Below, piece after piece: positions 15,266 to 29,840 of a stretch of 64,000 bases of DNA (positions within the stretch are counted from its first letter, which is position 1; every line of letters begins with the position of its first letter). Origin of the DNA: Bugula neritina (taxonomy: Eukaryota; Animalia; Bryozoa); NCBI GenBank assembly GCA_964035545.1, contig OZ037767.1, positions 22,894,628 through 22,958,627 of the forward strand, written 5' to 3'. Both the position numbers and the translations under genes were made by a program. Below the pieces are notes generated by a model that was not told where the DNA came from, ran no database searches, and was given only the letters and a program-made list of their open reading frames with translations.

Positions 15266-17476
15266 ACCCTTTTCATGCATCAGGAGTTTTTACAGGCATA
15301 GTGACCATATAATCTTATAAGTTTATACAGTTTATTTGTGTAGAATGAAGCTCTTGAAATGGTTGCAGTGAATGACATTGATAATTACCAACATTTTATT
15401 GAATAGAAACAGAAATATACATCAACTATTGCTGAATGCTAACTAATTATTGACTAGGCAAAGGTCACCATTTAAGTGCCATTAGAAAATATATCAGTCA
15501 TTTTCTCTTATAAGTGTATTTGATCAAACTCTTGTAATTTTTAGTAACATCTAATTTTGCTGGTTTCACTTAGTCTAGCACCATACCTATACAACTGTAG
15601 AGGAGATGTTTGATCATAATTAGTAAAATTTAATAGTTGTATTATTGTATTATAATGTCTTATAACATTATCATATCATTATAATGTTACATTGCTATTA
15701 TATCAATGTATTATATTTTACATCAATATAATATACTCTGCAAAAGATTTATTCTTTTATTTAATCTGATTAATTTAAAGATGCAGCAAACCATCAATGC
15801 ATGTGCAGACAAGTTTGCTGAAAAACTGATATCTTTCTCTGAATCAACGGAATCCATAGCTGTTGGTGTGTGAGTATTTTCTAGATTTCATCACCACTTT
15901 GATGTGCTATAGCCAACATTGTTTATTGCTCTTAGCCACCACCTTGATGGTGATTGGTTCTATTGACTGTATACTGATGAAATGATGTTTTTAAAAAATA
16001 AATGCATAAATGTTGAGTTTCACTCCAATAAGGTGCAGACACACTAATACTATTTGCTATGTAGTTACACGGCAGCGTTCACTATGGATGTTATTGCAAG
16101 AACTGCATTTGGTGTGGATGTTGATGCCAGCTCTAATCCAGATCACCCATTTGTTTACCATTCCAAACCTTTCCTTGGACTTGCCAAAAGTGAACAGTTT
16201 TTTTATTAAAAACTTGCAGATTTTTAGAGTGATTTTGATTGGTGAGCAGTATTTTTACTTAACTAAAACCTAAAGCCCTAAACAGTTTTTAGTTTTGTAT
16301 CTTCTATAATAGCTTGTAAGTGAAGACTTCAATTTATTGACTTTTAGCTAACTAAACAAAAAATAACTTTTACATTAATTTAAAGAATAGAAGTAACTGA
16401 AGCTCTGAATGCTATATTATAAAGAAGGTAAACTTTTTAGCCTGCAAGCAGAAAGCAGTGGTTACAGCATTGGTTTAGTATATGTTAAGGCCTGGGTTTG
16501 AATGTAGATAGGCCCATTGGTGATGACCACAAGAGCATCTACTTATAGTTGATGCACAGTTCTGTTTAGTAACCAGTACACACTTTACTTGACAATTACT
16601 TGACAGAAGGTTTATAAAGAAATAGAGACTTAAAAAACTTGAGCTTTTAAAAAAATATTTTTTGTTTATGTTCCGTAATTGCAGTTTTGCTGCCTAGAAA
16701 AGTGAAAGAGATTCTTGGCCGTTTTTTCGACATGACGTTTGCTGGACAGGAAAGTATGACCTACTTTGAGAATATGGTCAACAGAGTCCTTGACCTAAAA
16801 AGAGAAGATGCTCAGGTATGCTTAAAGTAAGACTAGTATCTATTAAAGTAACATTCACCTTAGCCCTCAAATTACAAGCTGGTAGAAGTAAAACACAGCA
16901 CTGGAAAAATCTCAAAGCTGTCCTTATATAAAAGCTCTTGCATTTAAAATGTGTTTTGAGAATTAACGTCAATTTTCCAAAGTCCTTTTATATCATCTAC
17001 AAAACTATAATGATTTAGTAAAAGGAATATAATGTAACTGTTTCTACGCTGAACAATGATGTGCAGTATTAAGCTGTTTATGGTTTTTTTGTTCCCAGAA
17101 AAGAAATGACTTTCTATCAATGTGTATAGATAATATGGTTGATATAAAGGATGTTGATAGAGATTCTGTCAATATCTCAGATGGGAAAATCTGGACAACA
17201 GAGGGTTAGTTATGTATTTATAACTTAGCTATCACATATCATTCTTTAGTACAAGGACTAGTAATTCATACCAAGTAATAGTTATTGGATGAGTTAGCTG
17301 AAAATTTCTATGCTCTACTGCGAAAACCTGAATCTAAGTCCATGCAAAGTCTATCTTATTTACTTCACTGGTTTTCCACGTGAATATTATAGTGATTGTG
17401 AACAAATGCATAGAATTTTCAAAAGTAACCTATGCGTCTTTGTATGAGCTGTAAATTATGTTTCCAACTCATACAT

Positions 17477-18411
17477 CTCTCTCTCTTTGCTATCCCTTTA
17501 AGTAGAGTATGATGTCTGCCTACAGATGTTTGTGGGTAGCTTGATGACTTCTGCATATGCGGTCACAGCGGAAGCATTTGAGGTCATCACTCGGTGTGTC
17601 TGTTGAGCTAAGCTTTCTTGCGGCCATCTTTAAGTTCGCCTCTGTGTCGCATTCTTTCTTCTTCAAAGATTTGCATGCCTTTATGAACCATAGATCTCCA
17701 TCTGGTCCTCCTTGCGGCATTCCATTCCCAGGTCTCTGTTCTGATGTGAGAGCGCTTTATACTGTCTTTGAGACAGTATAAAGCGCTTCCTCTGTCCTCC
17801 TTGCAATCTTTTACCTATTTGTAGCTCCCCATAAAGGAGCTGTTTAGGAAGTTCCTCGCAATTTCCTCATGTGATAATTTTCTAGCTTCTTTATGTCAGT
17901 ACGTACTGTAGGTAGCTCATGTCTCAGATGCATACAGAAGTGTTGGTATGATGACAGCCTTGTACACTTTCAGCTTTGTGCTTACCTGCAGGTGAGAGTT
18001 GTCAAAGACTCTTTGCCTCAGCTTGCTGTAAGCAATACTAGCAGCTTGAAGCCGTCTGTCAATCTTTCTCTCCAGATCTGCCTTTGATGACAGGTTGCTT
18101 CCTAAGTACACAAAATCGTCAACAGGGCACAATGTTTCACCCCCTGTCACAAACTTCAGGGAACATCCAATCTTTCCAAGTATGGTCCAGAGGGATGTTT
18201 TGTCCACAGTATCAAAAGCTTTTGTCAGATCGATGAAGGCCATGTATAGGTCCTGGTGCTGTTCTCTACAATTCTCCTAGATCTGCCTTGCAGCAAAGAT
18301 CATATCCACTGTGCCTCTACCTGGTCGGAAACCGCACTGAGATTTGGGGAGAATGTCTTCTGCTATGTGTGAAAGTCTTGTACATAGAATCTTGGCTAAG
18401 ATCTTACCAGC
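17477..18411 (-). mobile_element. RTE-clade LINE fragment, paralog of 816-1885, in intron 8 of copy B
   Basis: Same insertion site and same internal deletion as in copy A, plus an in-frame stop and a further ~135 bp deletion (ORFs 17917-18243 and 18277-18519). Confidence 0.9.
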
Positions 18412-19359
18412 TATATAAAGAAATAACAATAGTTGCATGAAATTAAATTTTATTTTGTAGGATGAAAAAGGATATATGGTAATAACTGAATTTGAATATT
18501 TATTTTTTAGGATTAACAAAGGAAGAGATTATAGGAAATGCAGTTATTTTTCTTATTGCTAGATATGAATCAACTGGAGCAACTTTGCAGAATCTGTTTT
18601 ATCACTTGACTTGGTATCCAGAAATACAGGAAAAGGTAACATTCCTTCATGTCAACTAACTAACTAACAGGTAGTTGTGACTGGTGGGTATGAGACTGGT
18701 GGTTAGAGATCTTGTGATTTGAGAGCCAACAAATAGACAAATAGCTAAAAATCTGAAAGGTGGCTTGTCTAACTGTTAAAAAAAGGATCTGAATCTTAGA
18801 AATGGTAAAAATATTTCAAGGCAATTTACAAAACACCTTCAGATAACTTTATCCGTGCACACATATTCACATATTACTCATCTATTACTTAGGCAAGACT
18901 GAGTAGATAGAGGTAAAACAGGTAAAAAGTCCATAATTATACAGAATAGTTGTTGTTGAAGTAACAGATTAGCAAGTATGATCAGAGCTTTCTAAGCTAA
19001 CAAATCTGATTGGTTGAATGATTGTAGCTCTATACACTCACATCTGAAATATCAGATGAAGATGGTAATTGTGATTATGAAGAGCTTCAGAAAGTGGAGT
19101 ATTTAGAGTGTTGTATTCTAGAGACATTGAGATTATTTCCTCCATTACCAAGGTACACTAGAAATATGCAACTGTATTGTGTGTCAATATATAGTAACTA
19201 AATATGATGGTCAACTTTCTTCTGTTGTAATTATCGATTATTTCATATCAAAAGTATTTTATAAGGTCACTTTATACTCAGCAAAAAATCGATCCAAAGT
19301 ACTTGTTAGGACAATCAATGCAATACTATATTACAGGCACGCACACACACCACACACAC

Positions 19360-19590
19360 ACGCACACGCTCACGCACACGCTCACGCACACGCTCACGCA
19401 CACGCTCACGCACACGCTCACGCACACGCTCACGCACACGCTCACGCACACGCTCACGCACACGCTCACGCACACGCTCACGCACACGCTCACGCACACG
19501 CTCACGCACACGCTCACGCACACGCTCACGCACACGCTCACGCACACGCTCACGCACACGCTCACGCACACGCTCACGCACACGCACACA
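19360..19590. repeat. 12-bp repeat (GCACACGCTCAC)n
   Basis: Seen directly. The same intron-10 site holds a short CA tract in copy A, a mixed tract at ~23056-23222 and pure (CA)n at ~39427-39634. Confidence 0.9.
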
Positions 19591-19719
19591 TATAACAGCG
19601 TAAAGCCACACGACGAGGATTTTCTGCATGCGGGTCTGAATAATTCAAAATCTGTTGGGGAAATTGAAAAAGCATGACCTTAAACTAACTGTGTTGGCAG
19701 TTATAATAAACCTGTACTA

Positions 19720-20176
19720 TGTTATATCGTGATATGCAGTTTGGAGTTATTACAACTCACCGAAAAATATAATTGGGTTGTAGTCTTCAGGTGAGTATAC
19801 AGGCACAGGTTGCTTGGCTTGGCTGCGAGGTAACTCCAGCTCCTGTCAGTCTGTAGGAATGAAGTTAAGTCTCTGGGTTGGGATATTTGTCTGTAAGTGC
19901 TCCGCCGTTTAGGACCCTGGGCTATAAGCACTCACTAATACACCGTATTCTATTCTATTCAGACTCATATTCTCTTCTGTTCACAATCTTCAATCACTTA
20001 ATTCACTTACTCCTCCCACACTCTGTTTTATATCTCAACACTCACACAAGCCATACCCACCCTATATGTATGTTTATGCAAATATCACAGAGTTGTGCAC
20101 TCCCTATACACACAAGAGTAAAAGAAGACAACTACAACTAACTTACAAATTGGGATACAACATTTCACCCCCTGCT
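19720..20176 (-). mobile_element. 3' LTR (19720-20162) and polypurine tract of an LTR retrotransposon remnant
   Basis: The minus strand reads AGCAGGGGGTGAAA (PPT), then TGTTGTATC ... GATATAACA (TG...CA with short terminal inverted repeats). No second LTR and no gag/pol ORF seen. Confidence 0.65.
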
Positions 20177-20494
20177 TGTGATTACATATCCACGTGTAAA
20201 TACTTGGCTAGACAGATTGAGAGGTAAATGTTGCAGCAACTGGGTCACACTATTAGTTATATGTGCAGTAATATCAATGACCCTATTTTCTTAATCTGGA
20301 CCACTAGATTTGTGTAGCACTGAACCCATATCAACATTCGCTTTAATCTAATTGTATATGTACGACATGAAACAGAGAATTATAATTTGACTACAGTGGC
20401 AGTGTTAATTACTTTTAACTTTTTGTTTTCAGCTATGATAACCTACATTTATAAAGCTTGTATTGCAACTATACCCATCTCTATATACACATAT

Positions 20495-20606
20495 CAACCT
20501 GGACTAGCTGCAGTGCTATAGCGCCATGGGCCTTCTCATTTCGTTTATTTTCCTCAACTGTATGTATTTTTTCCGTCTGCGACAAAATAAAACAAACAAA
20601 CAAACA
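20495..20606 (+). mobile_element. Short LINE/SINE 3'-end fragment with a (CAAA)n tail
   Basis: AATAAA followed by ACAAACAAACAAAC. The upstream CTAGC..GCTAT..ATGGGCC resembles the 3'UTR of the LINE at 13803-15105. Confidence 0.4.
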
Positions 20607-22006
20607 TTATATGTTATCGCGATAGAAAAATGCTGCAACTGAAATTGAGGTATCAGGGTATCAGTATATACTAATAAACATGTAGTCAGCACTTAGGGCT
20701 CTACATCAACAGGTTGTCGCATTTACTGGGGTAAGAGTATCTCCACATAAGGATAAAGCTAGCATAATTGTGAAATGTTTGATATATGTGATAACTGGAT
20801 GAACATGTTGTAGACTAAGGTGTACATATATGAAGGAAATGGTAATTGTTATAGGTAATAGGCGGTTAGCATGGGTATCACTATCACATTAATAGAAATG
20901 TTTACGGAGTAAAATCTAGAGCCTAAAAACGAGAATGGAAATATTTCCATCACACAGAAGTTGTGTAACAATATCTTAAAACAACCATTCCAAGCTGTCT
21001 TGTTGGGTATAAGGCTTACAGCTCATTAAGGTTTATGTCTGGTTCACTATATTCTAAACTATCTAGTATGACTCGCTTAGGACCAGCTATCAGTTTAATC
21101 AACAAAATTACTTCCTGTTAGGTTATATATAGCTAATTACTTTGAATTAGCAGAACCCAACTATGCTAACGTTTTGCTAGAGAATAAAAATTACTTGATT
21201 ACCACCCAGCAGCAAGATGATATCAATTCAATCAACACTGAACATATAAATTCAAAAGACTTCATAGCTCGCCTACATACTGAACCTTTCCAGTTCATTG
21301 ATCATACACGCCAATTCTCGAAAAATAGTGGTATGGTGCACAAGTCACAAACGGTACCATGACTACCTACCAGCTTGAATTTGTTAAGATATGTATTCCC
21401 GCATGGTTCGGGATAAGCTTAATAGACGATTACTTCAAAAAAATTCCTTTAACATAATTAGATTTACTATCTATTAACTCAATTAGTGTACCGCCCCTCC
21501 CCCCAGTTCAATTTACACGTTCATCATAGTTTGACTAAATAGTATTGACACTTGAGTATAAAAAGTTTAATTAGAGTTAACTAGGATCACAGTCTAGGAC
21601 AATACATGGGAGTGACTGAGGCAGTATGGGTGGCAGCCGACATGCCACATGTGCTGCAGTCACATGTAGCAATGTCAGCCCCACCACCGTGCCTGTCTCC
21701 ACATGTATTCTGCTAATAATAAAGCTTATATTCCTTTTTTATAGTTGCAGAAATAATTGCTAACTAATAAACAACCTTAATTCCTGGTAAATATCATGTG
21801 CGACTGGTACAACATAACTACAGTATATATGTATAATTACGGCTATTTGCAGATAGGTTTCTATATAAATAAATGAGCTTATACTGGTCTATGATTTTTA
21901 GTGTATGTTGTGTTATAATAGATGAGGTCATGCGCCGTTATTGTCATGTTGTGCTTATATGTGGGTCTTCGCCAGGCCGCAGCGCTTCATTAGTAACAAA
22001 TTCACA

Positions 22007-22123
22007 ACACACACACACGCACACGCACGCGCACGCGCACGCGCGCACGCGCGCACGCGCGCACGCACGCACGCACGTACGCACGCACGCACGCACACAC
22101 GCACACACACACACACACACACA

Positions 22124-22203
<80 letters not shown>
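22007..22203. repeat. Compound (CA/CGCA)n plus (TA)n microsatellite at the junction of the two halves of copy B
   Basis: Seen directly. CYP intron-8 homology resumes right after it. Confidence 0.9.
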
Positions 22204-22206
<3 letters not shown>

Positions 22207-25200
22207 AAGATATAAAAGCAGCTGCATGTAGTTAACTTTTATTTTGTATGAGAAAAGGGGATATATTTTATTAACCCAATTTGAATATTTATTTTTTAGG
22301 ATTAACAAAAGAAGAGATTATAGGAAATGCAGTTATTTTTCTTATTGCTGGATATGAATCAACTGGAGCAACTTTACAGAATCTGTTTTATCTCTTGGCT
22401 TGGTATCCAGAAATACAGGAAAAGGTAACATTCCATTATGTCAACTAACCAACAAGTAGTTGTGAATAGTTAATGGTATATGAGACTGGTGATTAGAGAT
22501 CTTGTGATATAAGAGTTTGAGCTATTAAAAATCAAAAATTAAATTGTTATTAGCTTGAAACTTAAAATGAATAAATCATTACATTGAGAAGCAAAACAAA
22601 ATTAATATCAGAAACATCTTGAGAAGTTAGGAAGGAGATTAAATAAACGATACTAACAATGAACAAAAGAATGGGTATAATAATTATTGTTGAAACAGGG
22701 GCACAAAAATTAATAACAAAGATTTCTAACCTAACGAATCTGATTGGTTGAATGATTGTAGCTCTATACACTCACATCTGAAATATCAGATGAAGATGGA
22801 AATTGTGATTATGAAGAGCTTCAGAAGTTGGAGTATTTAGAGTGTTGTATTCTAGAGACATTGAGATTATTTCCTCCATTACCAAGGTACATCATAAGCA
22901 TACATATGTATTCAGTGTCAATATATAGCTAATAAACTTTCTTCTGTTGTAATTGTCAATTATTTCATATCCGAAGTATTTTATAAGGCCATTTTGTACT
23001 CAGCAAAAAGCCTATCTAAAGTACTTGTTAGGACAATCAATGCAATACCATATTACGCACACGCACACACACGCGCACACACGCGCACACACGAGCACAC
23101 ACCCACACACACGCACACACACGCGCACACACGCGCACACACGAGCACACACCCACCCACACGAGCACACACCCACACACACGCACACACACGCACACAC
23201 ACGCACACACACGCACACACACATATAACAGCTTAGAGCCCCACCATACAGGTTTTCTGCATGCGGGTCCAAAAATTTGAAAACTCGTCCGGAACGACCT
23301 GCCACACACAATGCGTTGGAAAATGGATGTGAAAGTTTATTAGGTAATGATCTTCACAGTTAGTTTGAGGTCATAACTTTCCAGATTCAGGCACTGCTTT
23401 ATGTTCTATATAAACGGTTTCCAGGAGATAGCTCGAACAGTTTTTGTCTCAAATTAACAAATTATACATGAAAAGATAGCTCTCGCATTCCTCTTCCATA
23501 CACTTTTTTATTTTTTAAAATAATTTTTTTGATGAAATTGTTATACAATAAGTAAAACTTTACACCCTCCATGTTCCACTGCTGTAGTATAAAGGATTAA
23601 TTCTATTAAGTCTAAAATCTAAACTTGACATTCCTTGATATGTTTTCCCTGATATACTTTCTTTGCTATTCAAAATTCAGTTCATGCTCTTCACAATTTC
23701 GCCAAAACATACACCATTTTTCAAGTTTCACTGCAGTTATCTACATTCTTCATATGATGGTTCTCGCTATGCTCCTGTGACTAATTATAACTTTCTTAGT
23801 ACATTTGCAGCTCTGGCACTTGTATAGTATAAGTAAAGGCAGAGTTAGTGAAGTGGTGACTAACGAGCACTCAAATACAAGACATATTGAGATACAGTAA
23901 CAAGTCAGGAGTGTATAAGTTAGGAAATATTTGAAAGGAAAACAATATTTTTCAACAAGCTATAACTTGAATATAAAAAGACTTTCGAAAAATTTAAAAA
24001 GGTTATTGAAGAACATAAGTTGCTTTATTTTTTCGTATTTTTGTTGTTGCTGTAACACTCAACCTGTTCGCGCTATCAGTGGAACATTGTTCATAAAGAA
24101 CGTAAAGCACCTGGCAAAAAGCCAGAAACTGAAAAAGCATGACAAACTAACTGTGTTGGCATATAACATTACTGCTCGCCTACAGGTGTTTGTTTTTAAA
24201 TCTACTTCATCGACAAAATGACTTTAGACATTATAAAAGCAGAAAATTCAAACTATATGAAACTGTGTTAATTCAGTTCGCTTAAAATTAAAACATGAAT
24301 TAAAATTAAAAAAGTGTGCTCGCCAATGGAAACCAGCCAATTAGATCAAACCCACACAAGCTTTATGCCCTCTTTGCTCAGCAAGTTATCCGTGTAAAAA
24401 TCTACACAAAACGGTTTCGCATATGGCTGGTAACCGCCCTATGCTTACACTTTCATTTTAAATTTATTTAGTTTCCTACAAAGCACTTTATCATGTACGT
24501 TTTAATTGTGAGCTATTTACCATAGTATTTAAATCATGGTGTAATCAGTTTACTGTTGAATAGCATTGTATTTTGTTATACAACATGTAGATTGGATAGA
24601 GTTGCCAACAAAGATGTGACAGTTAAAGGTATCAGAATTCCTAAAGACATGATTGTGGAGTTTCAAGTCTACGCCCTACAACATGATCCCAAGTATTGGC
24701 CAGAACCTGAACTATTTAGACCTGAGCAGTAATAATAATACATACTTACTATAAATCACATACACTATATACAGAAATGTATTCCTGTGAACATATTACA
24801 CACATATAGGAGTCTCAGATTAGTTACTTTAACAAAACACAATCAATATAATATATATTATATACCTATAATACTACTGTCATATTATATACTTTATGTA
24901 ATGTGAGTGTTACTGATTTAAATATAATATATTCAGATACACAAACACTTTCCAGTAATATAACAATTATAATCTAACACTTTTACATACTAATAGCTAT
25001 ATGCTGTTACTGCATGGGTTTATTTGATTAAGTTATTTATAGGTTTTCTTCTGAGAACAAAGATGAATTCAACCAGTATGCATTTCTATCATTTGGTGCT
25101 GGAAACAGAGCTTGTATTGGGAAAAGGCTTGCTATGCTAGAGCTAAAAGTTGTCATTGCAAAAACTCTTAAAATGGTAAAATTTGAAAGAGGTGCCGGTA

Positions 25201-28200
25201 CACCAAGTATGGTAAGATTTAGAGTTTAGCACTTGACTGCAAAGAAGTTAAATACTAGATAAGTTTGTTGTTGTTTAAATATTCACAAAAAGCTTGGTCC
25301 AATCGTATTATCAGACTTATCCATGCTTTCTCTTGTGTAGTTTGGAAACTTTATAGACTATGCTCCAGCATGGTGTGATGTAAAGTCTACAGTCTACCCA
25401 AGACCTTTACCAATAATGTACTTATCAAGATTATGTGGCAGTAATTAACCTGTTTTATTAATACAATTTTAAGTTGTTTTTGCATTCTACCTAAAAGTTC
25501 CCTACCAGTATGATGCTCTTACAAGCTTTATGCATCAATCAACTTGTTTTTTATCCTGATAAATTGACTATTTTTAGAAAAGTTTGACCTATAAAAAAAG
25601 GACCAGGACTGATACAAATCATAGAGCCACTAAAAGTTAATATTGTCAAAAGACAGCCAGACTAGTTCACTGGAGAGTTGCTACTTTTATTATTAATTTA
25701 TGTCATCACAAAGGAATATAAATATACATAGAAACAATCAAACTGTTGAAATGACTCTGTAATCATGTTATGTAATGTATGATCTTGATAAGGCTTTCAA
25801 AGAGCTGATTATTGTACTTGACACGGTTCAGTCAGCCATCTTTATATTCTTTTGAAAATCAATATTACAAAGCATAAATATATATATTTTTCCATCTATA
25901 TAAATGGAAAATATAGTGTTATATTTGAAGCACTTTGGTAATTTAATTGTTGTAACATTCAATTAATGTGTTTGTAGTAAAAATATGGTATTGCGTTGAC
26001 AAATGCACAACAACAGCTAGAAGCAATCTACAATGTACTCTAATTAGTGCAAACATGCAACAAGGCAGCTAAAACAATGGTTTGGTATGTTTATGGTAAA
26101 AAGTACAGCATTTCGTACATACATTGTCAAAAAATTTAGGTGCAAAATCAAAAGCTTGTAATTTAGAACATGAACAGTAAAAATCTTTTGTTAAGCCTAC
26201 ATAATTTCTTTTAATAGTTTTCTAATCCACATTTACCAACAAAATTACCTTCACTGTAATGCATGCGGAAGTGAAAAAGTTTTCAATTAAAGTAGTGAAA
26301 AAGTTTTCAATTAAGGTAGTGAAAAATATTCAATGTGATAACAAAAATACTATAATAACCTAATTATGTCAAAATGTACAGCCTCTTAATCTTGAAACTT
26401 GAAACTTGAAAATTACTTGACAAGTTAAATACTTTTAGCAAGAAAATTGCTGTGATTAGATTCTGAACTGTTTAATATGAACAGCAAACTATAAGTGAAG
26501 CAGTTGCGTTCCCTTGCCATGCAACCATGCAACCGTGCAACTTGCAAGTTGCAAAATACTCAATAGTAGTAATTAAGTTTAGATAACTATTTACATGACC
26601 GGGAAAATATATTCATTTGATATAAAATTTGAGCTAGCTAATAACAACTTTTATATTCCTGTGTAAAGCTTATATAGAATGAAAACCTTGCAGTTGTTAA
26701 TTGATCAGCCAATAACATTGCAAACACACATTTTGCTCAAACAGTTTATTTATGATGTGATGCATTTATAGCTATAACTTGACACATTTCACTGTGGCCA
26801 TGAAGTTAAGAAAAATGTGTATCAGTACTATTGGCTTTGTTCAGCTGCAGGTATCCTACTAATACATTATCAAGTTTTTCTCCAGTCACTTCATATGTTT
26901 ATAGAAGAGTACTGTTTAAACAGTATAAAATTGTACAAAGATAAGTGTTCAATTACAATGCAATAGAGAATTCGTATAGTATGCCAAATGCAGCTACTAT
27001 TATGTAAGCCGAGTATTGAATGTACATGTTTTTGTATAATCAATACAAGTTCCACCCACTAAATTCTGTTTAGCTACTCAAGGATTCAATAACTCCAGGG
27101 CTAAAACTACTACACAGTAGGCATAGCAAAAGCTATACTCTAGTGAGTTTATTGACTTCATACTATCACAGAAACGCATATTGCTCTCAGTCAAACCATT
27201 CATCAGCATTCAAAGGTAAGCTAATCTTCTGTAAATATCAAGCTTATCACTGGCTGATGTTAAATAATAAATCTGACTCAGATAATGCTGTGATTATTTA
27301 GAACATGAAATAATAGAAATTTTTACCAAAAATCAACTTGTTGTGCGTCTCAAATAGAAGAATCATACAGCATACTGTTAAGTATATCTACTTTCACTGT
27401 TTATTACAAACAATATACAGTGTTGTGCTTTAACAATACTGCATTAAGAATATAATGCTCAAGTCACATCAAATTTTCTTTTCAGTCCCATATTCAGCAT
27501 TCTCCAACTACTTTCAATATCAGTTCTTAAATTGCAAATTTTATGGTTTTGAATTTATTATTACTTGACAGTTTTAAAGGTTTATAGTTTTAGTAAGCTT
27601 TTGCGTTGCACCTTATAAACTTTTGCAAAGAACCTTAAGCCTGTGTTTTAGTGAATTACTTTTTCTTCTGTAATTATACTTATTACCGTACAAATTACAA
27701 TCACATAATATAAATTGCAAATCAAAACTATGTTTGGGAAGCGCAATATCACAAGTTTGACAAATATAAATATGAATCATTATTGTCAAATTCACAATTT
27801 TATAAAATATAATTGTTGCTAAACACATGTTTTTTGGTCTGAATACTGTGAAAGCGCTAAAATTTAACAGGTGTGTTGGTTAAGAAAATGGTTTTTATGG
27901 TGCACTTTAGCTCAGTTTCTTTTGAAATTTAAAAAACCACGGTATCTTTTAAATTTTAAAAGAAACTTAGCTACACATTTCTTGCGTAGATATCTGCTAT
28001 GCAAGAAATGTGAGGTGTGAGTTGATCACCAAGGGCACATTTAATTGTATGATCACGGCTATAATAATCTGTTATGCAGTGTTGTACATATATTACATTT
28101 AGTTCAACGTTCAAAAAGTTAAAAAAAGGTTAAAAAAGAGCTGCTATAAGGGTGAATATGATACATGCATCAAAGCTTTAATTCAGCTTGATTTATTTTA

Positions 28201-29697
28201 AGGCATATCAGCCCTGGCAAACCTTCTTATATAAAATTAATGTCAACCTTTACATTCTTAATGTAAAGTTATCACATAGCATAAGTTGTAAAAGCAGCAT
28301 AACGTAATGAATATCTAACAGTTTATTAAGCATTCAGCATTGCGTTTAACGTAACGTTCCACTCAAATAGATTATCACATCACTTGATTCTCGCCTATAC
28401 ACGCAACGCAACGACTGCAATAGTTGTCAATTCATTATAATTAGATAACAGCACGTCCTTGCCCATTGGCTGTGGCTTTACGCCTTGGCAGCCCGGATGT
28501 TTCAGTGCAGACGTTGAACCTACAGTTTGTAGAATAGTAGCGCGCTAGCAATGCAAGTTCCATCGCATAAAGAACAATCAATTTTAATGATATCATTAAC
28601 AAAATATAAATGAATTTGAATTGGAATTAACTTAAAGAGGCACAAGTTAGTTTTGTTTTTCAGTATTTGTAATAGTTTAAAGCTTTCCTTAAGTATTTTT
28701 TTTTATCTATTTCAACTTAATAATAAACATTTGTTTTATTTAACATATTTAGGAGTTTAACAAGTTTGGAATGCCAGTGTGGTCGGTGCATGATAAAATT
28801 ATAGCTATGTGTTTACTTTATAATAGATTTCTCATAAAATTGTGAATTCTAAAGGCAGGCTCTCCAGTTATTGATCAGATTGTCACAGGATAGAACCCTA
28901 ATTTGTAGCTTAAAGTTTTACTTTTATTCATAACAGTATTTTACTGCAACTACTAATTCAAGTCGACTTTGAATACCAGTTTAACCTTTGTTTATGTAAT
29001 ACATACACCGTTACTTGTCTTAACTGATATAATTACTTAACTTTGTCTATGACAATTATCATTTAATTTTTCATTATAAACTTTAATATTTTTAGTAAAC
29101 CTACAATGTCGTTTCCTAGAGTCAAACTCACCCTAGCTAGCCACTAAAAGGAGGCAAGAGGTGGTTAATCCAAAATATGTATATATGTTTGAATACTTTA
29201 AAAGTCATAAATAATTGTTGATTTTTTATTTTTGGTGGTTATATTTTAAAAACCTTTTATAATTGCATATATTAACCTACTTTTATAGTTTCTTACGGCA
29301 GTTGGAATAACTAAAAATAAAGTTAGTAACACCAACACCAGTACAACTCATCTATAGTTAGTGGCAACGCTACACTTATTTATCATATTTTGTGAATCTC
29401 ATCTAATAACACAGCAAATTGGGCTTCGAGCTGTTTGTGTAGATATTAAGGGTTAATTAAATAAATATCTAAGGCTTATAGAATAAACTCAACTCTAGTT
29501 CAATGCTGCAGCATGTGAACTTAACTCCATGCAGTAAACTTAACTTCATGCAGTAAAGTCATTTTTGTTCTAGGCACAGCTTTTAGAAATGGGAGAGGAG
29601 TTTTTTGACTGTCCAATAAATTTAGATGGTTAGCTGTATTAAAGAGTTTATTGTAAATATATTTATTTTGGTGTATTTGAACTATTCGAGGGAATAA

Positions 29698-29840
29698 TGA
29701 CCTTTAAGGACATCTCATGCTTATCAAGTTGTCCAATTAGATGACAGCAACCTGTGCATACTTATTGATGAGTCGTTTAATATAAAAGCCAGCAGAAGTG
29801 AATGCACTTGTAATAGTTGTAACAAAAACCTTGTGGTGAG
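29698..29840 (+). promoter_or_regulatory. Putative core promoter and non-coding first exon of copy C
   Basis: TGACCT-TTA-AGGACA, CCAAT, TATAAAAG at 29781-29788, donor GTGAG at 29836. An acceptor TTATAG ends at 30612, 18 nt before the ATG. Confidence 0.5.

Noticed and set aside
20177-22000. gag/pol coding region for the LTR remnant
   Set aside because: Only short ORFs (for example 21174-21362) with no retroviral motifs, and no second LTR.
18511-22886. Functional mutually exclusive splicing of duplicated exons 9-10
   Set aside because: The host copy lacks its start exon and has frameshifts and motif-breaking substitutions.
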